NCBI GenBank assembly: GCA_964016885.1
Contig: OZ024746.1
Location: 101,370,001-101,434,000, forward strand
Direction of reading: 5' to 3'
Length of the DNA stretch: 64,000 nt
Origin: Eledone cirrhosa
Taxonomy: Eukaryota
In this document: positions 14,098 through 26,272 of the stretch, in pieces
Numbering within the stretch: position 1 is the first letter of the stretch
Layout: the number at the start of each line of letters is the position of its first letter
Program-made: the position numbers and the translations under genes
The notes under the pieces: model-generated
Told to the model about the DNA's origin: nothing
Databases searched by the model: none
Seen by the model: only the letters and a program-made list of their open reading frames with translations

Positions 14098-15210
14098 TGT
14101 GTGTGGCTCTGTCAGTGTGTGTGTGTGTATGTGGCTCTGTCAGTGTATGTGTGTGTGTGGCTCTGTCAGTGTATGTGTGTGTGTGGCTCTGTCAGTGTAT
14201 GTGTGTGTGTGGCTCTGTGAGTGAGTGTGTGTGTGGCTCTGTGAGTGAGTGTGTGTGTGGCTCTGTGAGTGAGTGTGTGTGGCTCTGTGAGTGAGTGTGT
14301 GTGTGTGTGGATCTGTGAGTGAGTGTGTGTGGCTCTGTGAGTGAGTGTGTGTGTGTGGCTCTGTGAGTGTGTGTGTGTGGGTCTGTGAGTGTGTGTGGCT
14401 CTGTCAGTGAGTGTGTGTATGGCTCTGTGAGTGTGTGTGGCTCTGTCAGTGAGTGTGGCTCTGTGAGTGAGTGAGTGAGTGTGTGGCTCTGTCAGTGAGT
14501 AGTGAGTGTGTGTGTGTGGCTCTGTCAGTGTGTGTGTGTGACTCTGTCAGTGTGTGTGTGTGTGTCTCTGTGAGTGAGTGTGTGTGGATCTGTGAGTGAG
14601 TGTGTGTGTGTGGCTCTGTGCGTGAGTGTGTGTGTGGCTCTGTGAGTGAGTGTGTGTGTGTGGCTCTATCAGTGAGTGTGTGTGGCTTTGTGAGTGAGTA
14701 TGTGTGTGTGGCTCAGTCAGTGTGTGTGTGTGGCTCTGTGAGTGAGTGTGTGTGTGTGGCTCTGTGAGTGAGTGTGTGTGTGTGGCTCTGTGAGTGAGTG
14801 TGTGTGGCTCTGTGAGTGAGTGTGTGTGTGGCTCTGTGAGTGAGTGTGTGGCTCTGTGAGTGTGTATGTGTGGCTCTGTGAGTGAGTGTGTGTCTGTGGC
14901 TCTGTGAGTGAGTGTGTGTGTGGCTCTGTGAGTGAGTATGTGTGTGGCTCTGTGAGTGTGTGTGTGTGGCTCTGTCAGTGAGTGAGTGTGGCTCGGTGAG
15001 TGTGTGTGTGTGTGTGGCTCTGTGAGTCTGTGTGTGTGGCTCTGTGAGTGAGTGTGTGTGTGTGGCTCTGTCAGTGAGTGAGTGTGTGTGTGCGGCTCTG
15101 TGAGTGTGTGTGTATGCTAGTGTGAGTGTGTGTATGTGAGTGTGTGTATGCTAGTGTGAGTGTGTGTATGTGAATGTGTGTATGCTAGTGTGAGTGTGTG
15201 TATGTGTGCG
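14098..15210. repeat. GT-rich compound minisatellite
   Basis: Variable-length units ggctctgtgagtga(gt)n. Confidence 0.95.
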
Positions 15211-15268
15211 CTGTAGAAATTCTTCCTAGCTTTGTTTAGTTTCGTTACAAACCATTAAGGACATCCTC

Positions 15269-15522
15269 GTTAAGGGTCACTTCACTCAAGTCACTTCTCT
15301 ACCTGTTAAGGGTCACTTCACTCAAGTCACTTCTCTACCTGTTAAGTGTCACTTCACTCAAGTCACTTCTCTACCTGTTAAGGGTCACTTCACTCAAGTC
15401 ACTTCTCTACCTGTTAAGGGTCACTTCACTCAAGTCACTTCTCTACCTGTTAAGGGTCACTTCACTCAAGTCACTTCTCTACCTGTTAAGGGTCACTTCA
15501 CTCAAGTCACTTCTCTACCTGT
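15269..15522. repeat. 36-bp minisatellite, ~7 copies
   Basis: Unit gttaagggtcacttcactcaagtcacttctctacct. Confidence 0.95.
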
Positions 15523-15817
15523 CCTTATCAACATCTTCAAGTAATCAACTCTGCTTTAAAATAGATGTTTTTTTCTTTCTTCAAATATTGCAGCTGATTT
15601 TACTCAACACAGTTTAAGTTTTCTTATAAAATTCTTTATAAATTCAAATGATGGACATCTTTTCTTTCACTGTTTTCTTTATGAAAACCAACCACAAACA
15701 AAAACAGTTGTTTTTTATAAAATAAATCTATCTCCACATGAAGGAACAAATGAAATTAACAGATATTATTGCCAAAAATATACTACAATGGCATCCAAAT
15801 ATACAGTATAATAATAA

Positions 15818-16010
15818 TAATTGTCTCTACTTTTGGCACAAGGCCAGCAATTATCTCAGTACATTACTGGTACTTTATTTTATCGACCCTGTAAGGATGA
15901 AAGGCAAAGTTAACCTTGGCGGGACTTGAACTCGGACCATAAAGGGCTGTAACCCTATGCTGCAAAGCTTAGCGTCCAACCCTCTACTGATACTGCCAAT
16001 CTACCACCCT
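15818..16010 (-). mobile_element. tRNA-derived SINE (family A)
   Basis: Matches 4644-4830. Confidence 0.85.
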
Positions 16011-16334
16011 TTAATAATAATAGGCTCAGGCTGAATAACATCATAGGTGCCTATAATGAAGCTCCTACAAGATTTGAAATAACTCAGACATCATCAACAA
16101 AACAATAATAAATATAAGAAAACAAAGGGGAAACATAATTGACAAGAACCAACAAGGCCTAAAATAAATTGTATACACGGATCATCCTTATAACATAATT
16201 TTCTTTATTAAAATTGCGACCACGTGAGTAAAAGTCAACAAGTTGAAAATCAGCCGCAACACTTCACAGAGTTTGAAATCAAAACAAACAGAATAACAAT
16301 ACATGTAAGTAACAAACTTTACCGATTGTATTAC

Positions 16335-16970
16335 AAATGTCTATAAGACACAATGAAAAATATACACAATCCCACAGATGTACAGATGTCTGTAAGACAC
16401 AATGAAAAATATACACAATCCCACAGATGTACAAATGTCTGTAAGACACAACGGAAAATATACACAATCCCACAGATGTACAAATGTCTGTAAGACACAA
16501 CGGAAAATATACACAATCTCACAGATGTACAGATGTCTGTAAGACACAACGGAAAATATACACAATCCCACAGATGTACAGATGTCTGTAAGACACAACG
16601 GAAAATATACACAATCCCACAGATGTACAGATGTCTGTAAGACACAACGGAAAATATACACAATCCCACAGATGTACAGATGTCTGTAAGACACAACGGA
16701 AAATATACACAATCCCACAGATGTACAAATGTCTGTAAGACACAACGGAAAATATACACAATCCCACAGATGTACAAATGTCTGTAAGACACAACGGAAA
16801 ATATACACAAACCCACAGATGTACAGATGTCTGTAAGACACAACGGAAAATATACACAATCTCACAGATGTACTGATGTCTGTATTATACACACAACAAA
16901 AAATACACAATCCCACAGATGTACAGATGTACAACAAAAAATATATACAATCCCACAGATGTACAGACAT
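16335..16970. repeat. 49-bp minisatellite, ~12 copies
   Basis: Unit gtctgtaagacacaacggaaaatatacacaatcccacagatgtacagat. Confidence 0.95.
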
Positions 16971-17518
16971 TCTTTGAACTTAAGGAAATAATTGTACGAT
17001 AACAAATGTACACAAAACTGTACAAATCCAGGAGAAGTACAAAAGCCGATACCCAATAAAAATGGTAAAGATCTAAATAATTGGCCAGACACTAATCCTC
17101 AAGTAACACTAATAAAATCAATAAGACACAAATGGACAACCGAGGAATATGTTGCAATCTTACACGTGTACCTTATGGCAACATTATACCCTAAAAATGG
17201 AAACACAACAACACACATCTTGGTAACATAGGTGATGTATAATCAGTCCCCTCTACCCAATCTTTCAGGGACAGCTTCCTTTTGGTTTGTTTCTGTAAAA
17301 AAACTCAGGTAACACTACTACCATGACCCTTTTACCTTTTATTTTCATATCTTGCTTGTGCCAATTTCACATCTTTGTTGGCTAGTGAAATATAGCTCTT
17401 TCTGAGCTGCTATTATGGTAGAAAAAGACATAATTGTGGTGATATTTTTACATGGTGTACTCAAGTAATGGAGCCCACCAATCTCATTGGGTTACAGATT
17501 TTCTGTGATGTTTTAATA

Positions 17519-17624
17519 TAATTGTTTCAACTTTTGGCACAAGGCCAGCAATTACCCAGTACATTACTGGTACTGTATTTTATCGACCCTGTAAGGATGA
17601 AAGGCAAAGTTAACCTCAGCGGGA
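17519..17624 (-). mobile_element. Truncated SINE (family A)
   Basis: 3' part of family A. Confidence 0.8.
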
Positions 17625-17695
17625 TGCTGTTTTATTTATATGTTCACTTTCAAAGGTGTGCTTTCTATGAATACAAATGTCACTATACAACTTAC

Positions 17696-17818
17696 CATAG
17701 CTGAAAAATAGTCTTTCAAGAACTGTTCCTCCAATGACTTGGCACTCTTTAGATTGTCAACACAGGAGTTATATTTCTCCAAAATACGTTTTCCTTCTGT
17801 TGAGATCCATACATTTAA
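17696..17818 (-). CDS. Host gene exon (5th in window), spectrin-like repeat of a Sec14/spectrin RhoGEF-like protein
   Basis: 123 bp, phase 0/0, ccacag|...ATG|gtaagt; LNVWISTEGKRILEKYNSCVDNLKSAKSLEEQFLKDYFSAM with the spectrin helix-A Trp. Confidence 0.88.
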
Positions 17819-17905
17819 CTGTGGCAAGAAAATTAGAAAGAAAGTTTCATTAAGATTTAGTTTAAAAACAAAAGGTAATTAATACTTGGGAATAGATATA
17901 ATATA

Positions 17906-18090
17906 ATAATTGTTTCTACCTTTTAGGCACAAGGCCAGCAATTATCCAGTACATTACTGGTACTTTATTTTATCGACCCCGTAAGGATGAAAGGCAAAGT
18001 TAACCTCGGTGGGATTTGAACTCAGATCATAAAGGGCCGTAACTCTATGCTGCAAAGCATGGCGTCCGACTCTCTACCGATACTGCCAAT
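17906..18090 (-). mobile_element. tRNA-derived SINE (family A)
   Basis: Matches 4644-4830. Confidence 0.85.
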
Positions 18091-18095
18091 AATAA

Positions 18096-18620
18096 TGTGA
18101 TCTCTGGATTGTTGTCACATGACATTCTGTTGTGATCTCTGGATTGTTGTCACATGACATTCTGTTGTGATCTCTGGATTGTTGTCACATGACATTCTGT
18201 TGTGATCTGTGGAGTCTTGTCACATGACATTCTGTTGTGATCTCTGGATTGTTGTCACATGACATTCTGTTGTGATCTCTGGATTGTTGTCACATGGCAT
18301 TCTGTTGTGATCTCTGGATTGTTGTCACATGACATTCTGTTGTGATCTGTGGAGTCTTGTCACATGACATTCTGTTGTGATCTGTGGAGTCTTGTCACAT
18401 GACATTCTGTTGTGATCTGTGGAGTCTTGTCACATGACATTCTGTTGTGATCTGTTGAGTCTTGTCACATGACATTCTGTTGTGATCTCTGGATTGTTGT
18501 CACCTAACATTCTGTTGTGATCTCTGGATTGTTGTCACCTAACATTCTGTTGTGATCTCTGGATTGTTGTCACATGACATTCTGTTGTGATCTGTGGAGT
18601 CTTGTCACGTGACATTCTGA
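18096..18620. repeat. 35-bp minisatellite, ~15 copies
   Basis: Unit tgtgatctctggattgttgtcacatgacattctgt. Confidence 0.95.
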
Positions 18621-18629
18621 ACTGTTGGC

Positions 18630-18975
18630 TGTTGTGAATGGAGTTCCACTGAAGCAGATAGATAAGTTCAAGCATCTCGGGACCCTGTACACAAGTGATG
18701 GAAGGCAGGAGGCTGAATTAAGTGCAGGAATTGCAGGAGCTGGTGTGGTAATACACCAGCTTCAGTATTCAGTAATTAGAAGGGAGGTAGGTGTAAAAAC
18801 CAAACTCGCTATCTTCAATTTGGTATCCGTGCCAACCCTTACCTATGGTCATGAATCTTGGGTAATGACCAAAAGAATACGATTACAAATCAAGCGGCCG
18901 AAATGGGTTTTCTCCAAAGGGTCTGTGGAGTAACATTACTTGATAGAGTGCGTAGCTTGGAGATCAGAAAGTCAT
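18630..18975 (+). mobile_element. RTE-type LINE fragment, same family as 1-706
   Basis: GVPLKQIDKFKHLG...PTLTYGHESWVMT; homologous to the reverse complement of ~150-450. Confidence 0.85.
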
Positions 18976-18979
18976 TTGC

Positions 18980-20410
18980 AGGCCTATCGCTAGTTTTTGC
19001 AGCATGAAATGAAAATTGCAATATATTTTTCAACAGGTGCCTCTACCTTTCTATCACCTTGTCAAAACCCACAAACAAGGACCCTACGTGAAAATAAGGC
19101 CCATTGTATCCTGCACGGAAGGGACCACTTTATAAGATCTCTTGTCCAAAATCCTAAAACCTCTACTGGCCACCCTACCGGGACATGTCAACAGTTCTGA
19201 GGAGATTATACACCAAATTGAAGATGACACCTGAAAGAATAACTGGTATGCCTTCAGCCTTGATGTGGTCACTTTAAACACCTCAGTTTCAGCACTCTCG
19301 GTTGTTGACATACTGATGGAATGAGTCCAGTACACCAACTTGCATTGTTTCAGACTCACCTGCACTAACATCCACCAGCTCCTATCCAGTCTCATAACAA
19401 CACATACTTCGACTTACTCGGCCACACATACCAACAGACCTTGGGAATACTTACAGGGTCAAGCCTATCGAGTGTGCTGGTAATATCGTATATGGACCAA
19501 CTGCTGTCCCCATGCTGCCTTCTTCACAAGATACATCGATGATATCCTCAGGTCTTCCCATGAGATGGATAACGGGATATATGAGCTGTTCAATAATACA
19601 GTTGAGAATATCGAATTCAGCGTGGAGCACCCCACCAATGATGGAACCCTTGCCCTCCTTCACTTCTGACTAAACATCACAGAATATGGCGGGGGGAAAT
19701 GCAGACTTCTACCACAAGGTTGCCTGCAGGGGCCTGTTTGTCCACTTCAAGTCTACCCTTCCTAACAACACTGAGAGAGGATACATCACAACCGAAGTTA
19801 TGTGAATAAAAGATAGATGCAGTGATTCTGTGAGTCATGTCATCGACACCAAGCAGTTCCACAGGGTGTTGAAAGCCAACAGACATCCAGCATCCTTCAC
19901 CAAGGGAATAAAGAACACGAGATACAGGAGGCAGAGAAACCTGATTAACAAGTTCTTTCTAAAGATTCCGCACCTGGGCAGAAGAACCGCCAGCGCTATA
20001 TGAAGGGAAGGTCTTGACATCCAATTGGCCCACTTGGGATCCTCCCTACAGAGGTGCCTCTAAGAAGTACAATATGGATAATATGTGCTCCTTCAGCAAT
20101 TGCCCGATACGCCACACACACTGTTGCTTGTGCACTTATGTCATTTATAAGATTGAGTGAGACAAGTGCAAAGATTATTACTTCGGAAGCAGCTGCACAT
20201 ACAAATCAAGGAGCACGTCAGCACTAAAGCCCCGTCCTTTCGAAAACACATCACCAAATGCGGAAACAAGGATGGAAGACTCACTGTCACAGTGCGAGTG
20301 GCAGAATGCAACATTGGAACTCTAAGGACAAAGAAATCACCTTGGATAAAATAACTGGAACCTCCAATCAACAACAGGTCTGAAAGAAAGGAAATGCTGT
20401 GACTGGTTTA
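18980..20410 (+). mobile_element. Degraded Penelope-like element (RT plus GIY-YIG remnant)
   Basis: Fragments LDVVTL, GHTYQQT, RYIDDI (~19530) and a terminal IYKI...IKEH...PPIN endonuclease-like region; many frameshifts. Confidence 0.7.
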
Positions 20411-21302
20411 ACCCAAACAACGACACACAATGAGTGAATGTTATTGTACATTTTACCAGCATACTAATAAACAAACAGATGGACAGGCTCTACTACTACT
20501 ATGCTGTATCTACCAACATTTCACCCACCTACCATATCAACCTGAACCGCTACCAGACTGTAAGGAGGCAAGAACACTGGTGCCATATCACACCTATTCC
20601 ACACTTTAGTGACTACTAACTTTAATGACCTCTGAATGACTGCATCAATTTCTCATACCCATGCCCAATAGGAAATATTCTTTGACATATTTCAGTCAGT
20701 CTGACACTAACACTAACTACAAACGGCCACATAGATTCTTTTCCAACGAATTTCCAATTTTCATTTGGAACTCCCAACGAGGGATATGAAATCCGAAATA
20801 TAGGGACCAATAAATCGATTCTTACGTAACTCTATCTCTGGTTTTCATTTCATTTTACATTTCTCTTTCTCCTTATCCTCTTTCTTCCTACCTCGACCTG
20901 ATTTTGTTACCCTGCGATTTATCTATCAGCATTGTAGAGGTTTCCAAAACGACCATTTTTCATATTCCAGAATGCTTCAAGCAAACTTAAACACTTTGTT
21001 ATATATATATAATGGGATGCTGCAGATTCTGTTTACCAAATTCCACTATCAGGCAGAGGTCAATGAGAGGCTATAGTAAAAAGACTTGCCTAAGGTGCCA
21101 CTATGGCAGTGAACCCCTTAACCACTCTGCCATGTCTGTGCTTAGATGTAAAGAAACAAAGAATGTTTCATTGAGTTGAGTAGAGGTAATAATTGGTAAA
21201 CTGCAACCATTGTTCAACACTTAGCAGCAATAAAATAGAGAAAACAGGAGAGAAATGTTACTAACTTTTATATGATGCAAAGAATTGAATTAAGACAGTT
21301 TA

Positions 21303-21403
21303 ATAATTGTTTCTACTTTTTGGTACAAGGCCAACAATTACCCAGTGCATTACTGGTACTTTATTTTATCAACCCCGTAAGGATGAAAGGCAAAGTTAAC
21401 CTC
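21303..21403 (-). mobile_element. Truncated SINE (family A)
   Basis: 3' part of family A. Confidence 0.75.
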
Positions 21404-22284
21404 GATAATAGCAACTGCTTAGAGGTGATTTAAAAGATTTCTTCCAAATTGTGTTTAGAAGCAGATTTAAGCTGATGCAAAATTTGGTTTTGGAGTAATA
21501 ATGGTAAAATGTTGTTTAGAGAGACATGAAGAAATTTCTTTTTCATATGATGAAAGAATTTGCCTTTAAGTGATTCAGGAATTAGTTGAGAGAGAGAGGG
21601 GGGGGGGTGAGATTGAGAGAGAGAGTGAGAGATAGTAGAAGAATTTGAATCAAATATATGGTTAGTAAATTTTAATTGAAATTTTGAATGAATCACCTCT
21701 CCTCGTTTCAGTGATAATAAAAATGTAAATGTAGTATAAGAGGCTGTAGTTAGCCTCAGTGTAAAGTAGATTTATATCCCCTTCCATAGGGAGATTTAAA
21801 TCTATTTTAGGAAACATTATCAATGAACCAGAACCTATTTATAAAACAAAAGGATTACTGTTGGTTTTGACAGAGTCTGAACTACTTAATCATTGAAAAG
21901 CCTGTAAGTGGCTGAGTATTCCACAGGCATGTGTACTTTTAATGTAATTCTCAGAGTTTCATGCAGTCTGACAAAGATGAAATTTTAAATAATACGTACA
22001 ATCTCTATAATTTCTACCAACTCAATTTCTCTTACAAGGTTAAAAGATACTTGCTCAAGATGGCAGTGGAGTTGAACTTGAGGCTTTATGGTTGCAATGC
22101 ACTTTTGTAACCCATTTGTAACAGCCAAATGCATTAAAGAAGGTAAATTAAGTATAATTCATATTCATTAAATACACAATAAATTTTCTGCTGTGGATGG
22201 TAGTCCAACACCAAGTCAGACTATTTTAATAAAATTGAGCATGCGCCACTCTGTAAGACCTTTGTCAGCCACTCTCCAGCTATT

Positions 22285-22715
22285 TATTTAAAGCTGTGGT
22301 GCGGCCAGACTTAGAATTTGCATCACCAGTCTAGAACCTCTATCTTGCTCAGAATATTGATCTCCTGGAAACTGTTCAGAGTCGTGCAACCAAATGAATA
22401 CCCTCCATCAGGCATCCACCATACTCTGAATGCCTTGCTTCCTTAGGCATGGCAACTGACTTGGTAAACACACACAAGATTATTAACCATCTTGCCACCA
22501 ACAACCCTGAGCACATTTTTGAATTCCATGTGTCTAACATCCGTGGACATGCCTACAAAGTCAGAAAGCAGCACAGCTCCCATGACTTTCGGAAACATTT
22601 TTTCACAATGCTGAAGCATGGAATAAACTACCTGCATCAGTTGTTAGCTGTCGAAACACTGCATCCTTGAAAACTTCCATGCTTCTGGAAATTCGCCAAC
22701 ATTACACCCGATATT
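22285..22715 (+). mobile_element. CR1/L2-like LINE 3' remnant
   Basis: VRPDLEFAS, LETVQSRAT, RGHAYKV...FRKHFF motifs typical of the CR1 RT C-terminus. Confidence 0.7.
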
Positions 22716-23177
22716 CCCCCTCCATACACACACACACATGTGTGTGTGTTTGTGTGTATATTATGACTCATACACTGTTCACTTTCCTGACATTTGCACA
22801 TTACTCTATGTACTATACATGCATCTTTGATGAATTATAGTGCACCTGAGCACTGTACAGATTAATTTTCAATATTACTATATGCAGACATAGCTGTGTG
22901 GTTAAGTTCACTTTATAGCCATTTTTAAAGCGATGAAATTCCAATGAAGGTTGGAAAATCACTGACGAAGGACTATTTTTATCATATGTAACCCATGTGC
23001 AACCACGCAGTATTCTTTCTTCTCATTTCGCATGTTTTATATATATATATATATATATATAAGTTGTAATATAATGAAACGAAATTTCATTTCTCACTCT
23101 TAGTATGGCACTTACTTAAATGTAAGTATGTATGTATACGTACATACATATATGTATACAGACGTACAGTAGCATGC

Positions 23178-23208
<31 letters not shown>

Positions 23209-23361
23209 CATACAGGTACACATATATATATGTACGTATCAGTTTAGCGAACGTTTATTATAACGCCCACTTTGTCCGTTTGTAAACAAGCGAACAGCCT
23301 GATTTATGCCATACGGTGTTAAGGCAACCACGTCACCTTTTTGTTCAACACTGACACAGGA

Positions 23362-23404
23362 ACGATGTACTAGTTTCAAGCTTGTTAGCTATCATCAGCA
23401 CCGT
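23362..23404 (-). ncRNA. Minimal type I hammerhead ribozyme
   Basis: ACGGUG-CUGAUGA-UAGCUAACAAGCUU-GAAA-CUAG-UA-CAUCGU: 6-bp stem I, AGCU/AGCU stem II, palindromic ACUAGU stem III, GUA site. Confidence 0.88.
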
Positions 23405-23673
23405 ATACCCTTCTGCCAGATAGTTGAACGTTCGAAAGTATATACTTTCCTTATGAAAATTAACGGCTGAGCAGCCTAATTTGCATATCGAGTGAGTTCA
23501 GTAGGCCAGGCGTACCGAAAACGATAAGTTGTAATATAATGAAACAAAATTTCATTTCTCACTCTTAGTACGGCACTTACTTAAATGTAAGTATGTATGT
23601 ATACGTACATACATATATGTATACAGACGTACAGTAGCATGCATATATACATATATATCTGGCAGAAGGGTAT

Positions 23674-23716
23674 ACGGTGCTGATGATAGCTAACAAGCTT
23701 GAAACTAGTACATCGT
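23674..23716 (+). ncRNA. Minimal type I hammerhead ribozyme (inverted identical copy)
   Basis: Same 43-nt sequence as 23362-23404 on the opposite strand. Confidence 0.88.
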
Positions 23717-23921
23717 TCCTGTGTCAGTGTTGAACAAAAAGGTGACGTGGTTGCCTTAACACCGTATGGCATAAATCAGGCTGTTCGCTTGTTTACAAAC
23801 GGACAAAGTGGGCGTTATAATAAACGTTCGCTAAACTGATACGTACATATATATATATGTGTACCTGTATGTATATATATATATATATATGTATATATGC
23901 ATGCTACTATACATACATACT

Positions 23922-23962
<41 letters not shown>

Positions 23963-23966
<4 letters not shown>

Positions 23967-24245
23967 TTAATTAAAAGCATTTTGAAGACCATAAGCCATT
24001 GTTTTAAAGTAGTGACAAATTCACTCACTTTGATCTCAGCAAACAGGGGAGATAAGCCGACAAGACTTGTTTCGCTTTGGTTGAAGCTTATCAAGGCCAA
24101 CTACCCCACCTGTCTACTGAGATCATCGATGTTAAAACAATAGCTTACGGTCTTCAAAATGCTTTTAATTAAGCATAAAGTGTATTGCAAAATACATTAT
24201 ATATACATCCATATATATATTGCTATTTCAGAGCTCCAATTCTAA
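23963..24245. mobile_element. Foldback element with a hammerhead at its apex
   Basis: ttaattaaaagcattttgaagacc / ggtcttcaaaatgcttttaattaa and tgatctcag / ctgagatca inverted arms; related sequence at ~59000-59255. Confidence 0.7.
24055..24098 (-). ncRNA. Type I hammerhead ribozyme, U3:A8 core variant
   Basis: GGCC-UUGAUAA-GCUUCAACCAAAGC-GAAA-CAAGUCUUG-UC-GGCU; GUC triplet; stem I extends into a long rod. Confidence 0.75.
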
Positions 24246-24720
24246 TTTTTATATATATATATATATATATGTCTGTATATATATATAGACATACAAACAC
24301 ACATATATATATATACACATGCATACATACACATATTTACACAAACAAGTTTTTTTTTCTAGAATATAGGCCAAGAGGCACAAAACAAAATTAATCTGTT
24401 GACTGAAATAAGGTGATGGATGAAGAGCTTCAACTTGAAACTGCAGATCAAGGAAATAATTGTTAATCCTACAGTATTCCTCCTCATCTACCAATCTTCT
24501 CCTCCTCCTCTATCAACCCCCTCCTCCCCATCTACTAAGTTCCTCTCAGAGAGCATTAGTTGGAGGATAAGTAGAACACACTCAGTAAAGGTACTATGTA
24601 CTTACAAAGAAAGTTTCTAAATCTCACAACCATGTTTGCACCCAATCATTAATTGATTAATTACTAATCTGCATAATTTCATTAACTAATATTTTAGTTA
24701 AGAGCTTTTAGTCTACTTAC

Positions 24721-24859
24721 TTTATTGCATTCAGTCTCAAAACCTCGAAGTTGAAGTCCTTGTTCAAGCTTATGAAAACGATTTTCAGCAAGTTTAACTA
24801 AATTCTTCATTGAGTTCTGTAATTCTTTGTACATTTTTTTAATTGATGCCAGTTCTTCT
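24721..24859 (-). CDS. Host gene exon (4th in window), spectrin-like repeat
   Basis: 139 bp, phase 2/0, tttcag|A...AAA|gtaagt; EELASIKKMYKELQNSMKNLVKLAENRFHKLEQGLQLRGFETECNK. Not in the ORF track. Confidence 0.92.
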
Positions 24860-25488
24860 CTGAAAGAAATTAATAAAATAATGTATATATATCATCATCA
24901 CTTTTACATCATCTGTTCCATGCTGGCATATATAGTGGTTCCCCCCCCCCATCAGACAGGGTTGTGTAGCTGCCCCCAACCTCTTCAACTGTGTTATCAA
25001 CTATCTGATGACCAAGGTCTGTGAGAGCGTTTCTGGTGTTACCTTTTGGAACTACCATCTTACTGACTTGGAGTACAATGCTACAACCCTATTCAGCAGA
25101 TTGATCACCTTAGTGACGTTGGGTGAAGACCAAGCTGATGCGTGTGATTGAGACCTGACCCTGGAGATCAACTGTGCTCTGGCTACTGGGATCAGAAGCT
25201 CCTTTGGTGCCACTGCTCCGCCTCCTGGAAGACGAAGCTTACTCTTGTTCAATGCAGCAGCTACAGGGTGGACCACAATGGCTCTGCACCACAATGGCTC
25301 TGCACTGGTGGAGTAGGTCGGCTCTACGTATGATGATGCCTCTGGGATCACTGACCTAGGATGACCCCAGTCTCATCAAGCAAAAAGAAGAAGAATATAT
25401 ATATATAAACAAAAAATAGATAGATACAAAAATAAGAAATGAAGAAATAGAAAACATATAGAATAAGTTGATTACTTAAAAGATATTA

Positions 25489-26241
25489 ATGTTAGATCAT
25501 ATCATCTGTGTAGACATTCCTGAAATACTGATTCCATGCAGAGATTTAAATGTTACTATATCAACAAAGACAGCAAACATTGCAATAAACACCCAGTCAG
25601 CTTTAGAAAAAAGAAAAATCCTTTACAAAAGTACAAACTGGATGTTAGCAGAAAAGATGGAGAGAAGGGTAGTGTGTCAACTGAAAATACTCAGCATACA
25701 ATATAAAAACAGACAAACAAATGGACAAGAAGACAAAGGTAGCCAATATTGTCACAACTGTAAAAAGTAGGACACTTGAATAGAAGAAGAGACAGCTGTT
25801 GAACAAGAATTATTATGGGATGACAATTCCCATTGCAGGGAAAAAGAAAATAAGGAAGACGAGAAATTGATCAATGAACAGCCTACTTATTAAATTAATG
25901 GCTGAGTATTTCACAGACACGTGTACCTTCAATGTAATTCTCAGGGAGATTTGGCATGACGTGTGACAAAGCTGCTCCTTTCAATTACAGCTTCAATATT
26001 TTGTTAGTGTTATCCTACCTCTAAAGAGTAAAGTAGTCCATGGAAGAAGTAGAAGAGGTTGGGAGAAGACATATATTGTCAGCCTCAACACCCAGGTTGA
26101 CAACAACTAGAACAACAACAACAACAACAGCAACAGCAACAACAACAATGACAACACCACCACCACCACCAGCACCACTACCACCAGCACCACTACCACC
26201 ACCACCACCACCAGCACCACTACCACCACCACCACCATCAT

Positions 26242-26272
<31 letters not shown>

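Larger units (their letters stand above)
23061..23925. mobile_element. Non-coding hammerhead-containing element: 465-bp-period partial tandem plus ~270-bp inverted copy (Penelope pLTR/retrozyme-like)
   Basis: 23061-~23195 is repeated directly at 23526-~23658; ~23123-23422 is inverted at ~23657-23925; (TA)n flanks. Confidence 0.8.

Noticed and set aside
20765-20812. Possible hammerhead after the degraded Penelope (CCAACGA-GGGAU..AUCC-GAAA-UAUA-GGGACCAAUAAA)
   Set aside because: Position and stems are suggestive, but the core has two non-compensatory changes; at best a dead relic.
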